Of a DNA stretch of 64,000 nucleotides, positions 61,570-64,000 are shown piece by piece; within the stretch, counting starts at the first letter, position 1; each line of letters opens with the position of its first letter. The translations under genes and the position numbers were made by a program. This DNA is from Verrucomicrobiota bacterium (GTDB taxonomy: Bacteria > Verrucomicrobiota > Verrucomicrobiia > Limisphaerales > VHCN01): the NCBI GenBank assembly GCA_016871675.1, contig VHCN01000007.1, positions 19,126 through 83,125 of the forward strand, written 5' to 3'. The notes below the pieces were generated by a model. It made no database searches, was not told the origin of the DNA, and worked only from the letters and a program-made list of their open reading frames with translations.

Positions 61570-61601
61570 GGGCAGGGGAGGGGAGTTGGGTTGGGGGCGG
61601 G
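61570..61601 (+). other. G-run tract (potential G-quadruplex-forming sequence) upstream of lepA
   Basis: GGG ca GGGG a GGGG agtt GGG tt GGGGG c GGG. There are six runs of 3 or more G separated by 1-4 nt, read directly on the lepA-sense strand in the sulfatase/lepA divergent intergenic region. Confidence 0.5.
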
Positions 61602-61610
61602 AGCAGGAAC

Positions 61611-61640
61611 AAGATTAAGATCAGGATTAAGATTGAGAGT
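61611..61640. repeat. Hexamer-periodic AT-rich array (ARGATY)n
   Basis: AAGATT AAGATC AGGATT AAGATT GAGAGT, an AT-rich island ~30-55 nt upstream of the lepA start. TAAGAT (61628-61633) fits a TAnnnT -10 hexamer. The same hexamer family occurs, inverted, at 9687-9739. Confidence 0.6.
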
Positions 61641-61666
61641 GGGGACGGATGGAGAGTGAGCACTGG

Positions 61667-63457
61667 ATGGACGCCGAGCACATACGCAATTTCAGCATCA
61701 TCGCGCACATCGACCACGGAAAGACCACGTTGTCGGACCGGCTGCTGCACATGACGGGCACGATCGCCACGCGTGACATGGAAGCGCAGCTCCTGGACTC
61801 GATGGACTTGGAGCGCGAGCGGGGCATCACCATCAAGGCGCACCCGGTGACGATGCTTTACACGGCGAAGAACGGGGAGACATACGAGTTGAACCTGATC
61901 GACACGCCGGGACACGTGGACTTCACCTACGAGGTGTCCCGCAGCCTGAGCGCATGCGAGGGGGCGCTGCTGATCGTGGACGCGGCGCAGGGCGTGGAGG
62001 CGCAGACGGTGGCGAACCTGCACCTGGCGATGAAGCAGAATCTGACGATCATCCCGGTGATCAACAAGATCGACCTGCCGCACGCAGACGTGCCTTTGGC
62101 GAAGCAGCAGTTGGAGGAGATCCTGGCGATTCCGGCGGAGCTGGCCATTCTCGCCAGCGCGAAGGAGGGGATTGGCATCTCGGAGATTCTGGAGGCGATC
62201 GTGGCGCGCGTGCCGCCGCCCAAGCCAACAGGGCAGGGGAGCTTGCAGGCGCTCGGGTTCGATTCCTACTTCGACACTTACAAGGGCGTGGTGACGCATG
62301 TGCGCGTGTTCGACGGCGAGTTGAAACGCGGGATGCAGGTGAAGCTGATGCACTCGGGAAAGAACTACGAGGTGAAGGAAGTCGGCAGCTTCAACCCGAA
62401 GCCCTACGTGCGCGACGTGCTGACGGCGGGTGAGACCGGCTACGTGACGGCAAACATCAAGTCGCCGAAGGACGTGAAGATGGGCGACACATTCACGGAT
62501 GCGCGCAACCCGGCGCCGGCGTTGCCGGGATTTCAGGAGGTGCATCCGATGGTCTTCAGCGGGATTTATCCGATCAACCCGGCGGACTACGAGCACTTGA
62601 AGGCGAACCTCGGCAAGCTGCAGTTGAACGACTCGGCGTTCGCCTACTCCAGCGAAAGCTCGGTGGCGCTCGGCTTCGGCTTCCGGTGCGGTTTCCTCGG
62701 GCTGTTGCACATGGAGATCGTGCAAGAGCGGTTGCGGCGCGAATACGGGATGGACATCATCGCGACGTATCCGAGCGTGGTGTATCGCGTCCGCATGACG
62801 GACGGCGCGGTGAAGGAAGTGGACAACCCGGCGTTCCTGCCTGAGCCGACTTACATCGAGCACATCGAGGAACCGACGGTCAACGCCTTCATCATCTGTC
62901 CCAACGAATACATCGGCGACATGATGGCGCTGGTGAGCGAGAAGCGCGGCTCGCTCGACCACACCGAGACGCTCGACACCAAGCGCGTCATGATGACGTG
63001 CAAGATTCCGCTGAACGAAATCCTGATCGATTTCCACGACCGCATCAAAAGCATCACGCGCGGCTACGGCTCGATGGATTACGAGCACACGGGCTACATC
63101 GTCTCCGACATGGTGAAGCTCGACATGCTGGTGAACGGCGAGTCGGTGGACGCCTTTTCCTGCATCGTGCACCGCGAGAAGGCGGAATTCCGAGGGCGCG
63201 CGCTTGCAGCCAAGCTCAAGGAAGTCATCCCGCGCCAGCAATACGCGGTGGCGATCCAGGCGGCGATCGGCGGGAAGTTCATCGCGCGGGAGACGGTCAG
63301 CGCCCTGCGCAAGGACGTGACCGCGAAGTGCTACGGCGGCGACATTTCGCGCAAGCGCAAGCTTCTCGAGAAACAGAAGGAAGGCAAAAAGCGGATGAAG
63401 TCCGTGGGATCTGTGAACATCCCGCAGGAGGCCTTCATTGAGGTGCTCAAATCGTAG
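61667..63457 (+). CDS. lepA: Translation elongation factor 4
   Basis: [22 protein letters not shown] (G1), DTPGHVDF (G3), NKIDL (G4), and the C-terminal LepA_C ...[28 protein letters not shown] at 61667 is preferred because GGAGAG lies 10 nt upstream and the N-terminus is then E. coli-like in length. The alternative is 61649. Confidence 0.97.
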   Translation: MDAEHIRNFSIIAHIDHGKTTLSDRLLHMTGTIATRDMEAQLLDSMDLERERGITIKAHPVTMLYTAKNGETYELNLIDTPGHVDFTYEVSRSLSACEGALLIVDAAQGVEAQTVANLHLAMKQNLTIIPVINKIDLPHADVPLAKQQLEEILAIPAELAILASAKEGIGISEILEAIVARVPPPKPTGQGSLQALGFDSYFDTYKGVVTHVRVFDGELKRGMQVKLMHSGKNYEVKEVGSFNPKPYVRDVLTAGETGYVTANIKSPKDVKMGDTFTDARNPAPALPGFQEVHPMVFSGIYPINPADYEHLKANLGKLQLNDSAFAYSSESSVALGFGFRCGFLGLLHMEIVQERLRREYGMDIIATYPSVVYRVRMTDGAVKEVDNPAFLPEPTYIEHIEEPTVNAFIICPNEYIGDMMALVSEKRGSLDHTETLDTKRVMMTCKIPLNEILIDFHDRIKSITRGYGSMDYEHTGYIVSDMVKLDMLVNGESVDAFSCIVHREKAEFRGRALAAKLKEVIPRQQYAVAIQAAIGGKFIARETVSALRKDVTAKCYGGDISRKRKLLEKQKEGKKRMKSVGSVNIPQEAFIEVLKS

Positions 63458-63472
63458 GGCAGGGGACGCATC

Positions 63473-64000
63473 ATGTTCATCTTTCGCTGGCTGACATCCG
63501 GAACATTCCGACAGGCGGTGGACTTGCGGCGGCAGGTCCGCAAATGGGTCAACCACCAGCGCGACTTGCTCGCGCCAGACGCGATCGCCAAGGTGGACGA
63601 CGCGTGCGAGTCGCTTCGACGGATGCTCGACGAGGGCGCGGGGCCAGTTCAGTTGCGCGAGGGGATGTCCGCGCTGGAGCGCGTCGCCAACGACGTGCTG
63701 ATCCCGTATCCGAACACCGCCTGGCGCGACAACGTCGAGGTCATCCTCGTCGCCGTCGCCGTCGCCATGGGCATCCGCACCTTCTTTCTCCAGCCCTTCA
63801 AGATCCCCACGGGCTCGATGCAGCCCACCCTTTACGGAGTGCATTTCGAGGACTTGCGCGCCGCGCCGGACGACGCGGTGCCGGGCTTCATCACTCGATT
63901 TTTCCACGCGACACTCGGAGGGACCTTCTACCACGTCATCAAGGCCGAAGCCGACGGCGTGATCGTGGACGTGCTTCCGCCCAAGGGCTTCATCCTGCCG
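63473..64000 (+). CDS. lepB: Signal peptidase I (S26), 3' end outside the window
   Basis: My own translation from the ATG at 63473: MFIFRWLTSG...VILVAVAVAMGIRTFFLQPFKIPTGSMQPTLYG... It contains the catalytic-Ser box (PTGSMxPTL). The frame is open to the window end and follows the conserved lepA-lepB order. It is not in the ORF track because it is truncated. Confidence 0.85.
   Translation, partial: MFIFRWLTSGTFRQAVDLRRQVRKWVNHQRDLLAPDAIAKVDDACESLRRMLDEGAGPVQLREGMSALERVANDVLIPYPNTAWRDNVEVILVAVAVAMGIRTFFLQPFKIPTGSMQPTLYGVHFEDLRAAPDDAVPGFITRFFHATLGGTFYHVIKAEADGVIVDVLPPKGFILP

Noticed and set aside
61505-63934. 809-aa minus-strand ORF, and similar long antisense or out-of-frame ORFs (1222..2760, 19954..22383, 44619..46115, 47910..50300, 40688..41779, 56263..57636, 57870..59336, 60139..61659)
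   Set aside because: Each lies opposite or out of frame to a gene with strong family signatures (lepA, tolC-like, GH13-GDE, Gfo/Idh/MocA, helicase, DUF1553, hemL, nadE, sulfatase). Each has low-complexity R/G/A/E/H-rich translations. The LILILILFLL stretch in the 61505 ORF is just the hexamer array read in frame.

Overview
High-GC bacterial chromosomal window (by eye about two-thirds G+C), densely packed with about 50 protein-coding genes. I found no rRNA or tRNA genes, no CRISPR array, and no recognisable transposase, integrase or phage genes. Several gene types suggest a Verrucomicrobiota/Planctomycetota (PVC) genome; this is an inference from family distribution, not a database hit. They are two DUF1559 prepilin-type proteins, a PSCyt/DUF1549/DUF1553 + DUF1501 pair, Tat-signal Gfo/Idh/MocA and xylose-isomerase-like TIM-barrel proteins, a sulfatase, and many Pro-rich lipoproteins. 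Most of the window is housekeeping: pyc, ptsH, xylA, metK-ahcY, lpdA plus a lipoate ligase-like gene, rsmB-like, dgt, ispH, bioB, trmL-truA, ruvX, hemL, nadE, lepA-lepB. Items worth a second look: (1) a secreted thioredoxin-fold protein whose two halves are joined by one in-frame UGA at the expected redox motif, followed by a SECIS-like hairpin; (2) a duplicated two-gene cassette pairing a lipoprotein that carries a pseudopilin-head-like motif with a DUF1559 pseudopilin; (3) a cytochrome c fused to a PHM/DBH-like copper monooxygenase, plus a separate PAL-like NHL propeller; (4) a 1456-aa GH13 + amylo-1,6-glucosidase fusion with a heptanucleotide repeat at the domain junction; (5) a low-GC HNH-like gene wedged between ruvX and hemL; (6) a frameshifted HAD gene next to an orphan SF2 helicase; (7) hexamer-periodic AT-rich arrays and a G-run tract in intergenic regions. 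Many long ORFs in the supplied track are antisense or out-of-frame shadows typical of high-GC DNA and were not called. Start codons are often ambiguous, and alternatives are noted per feature.
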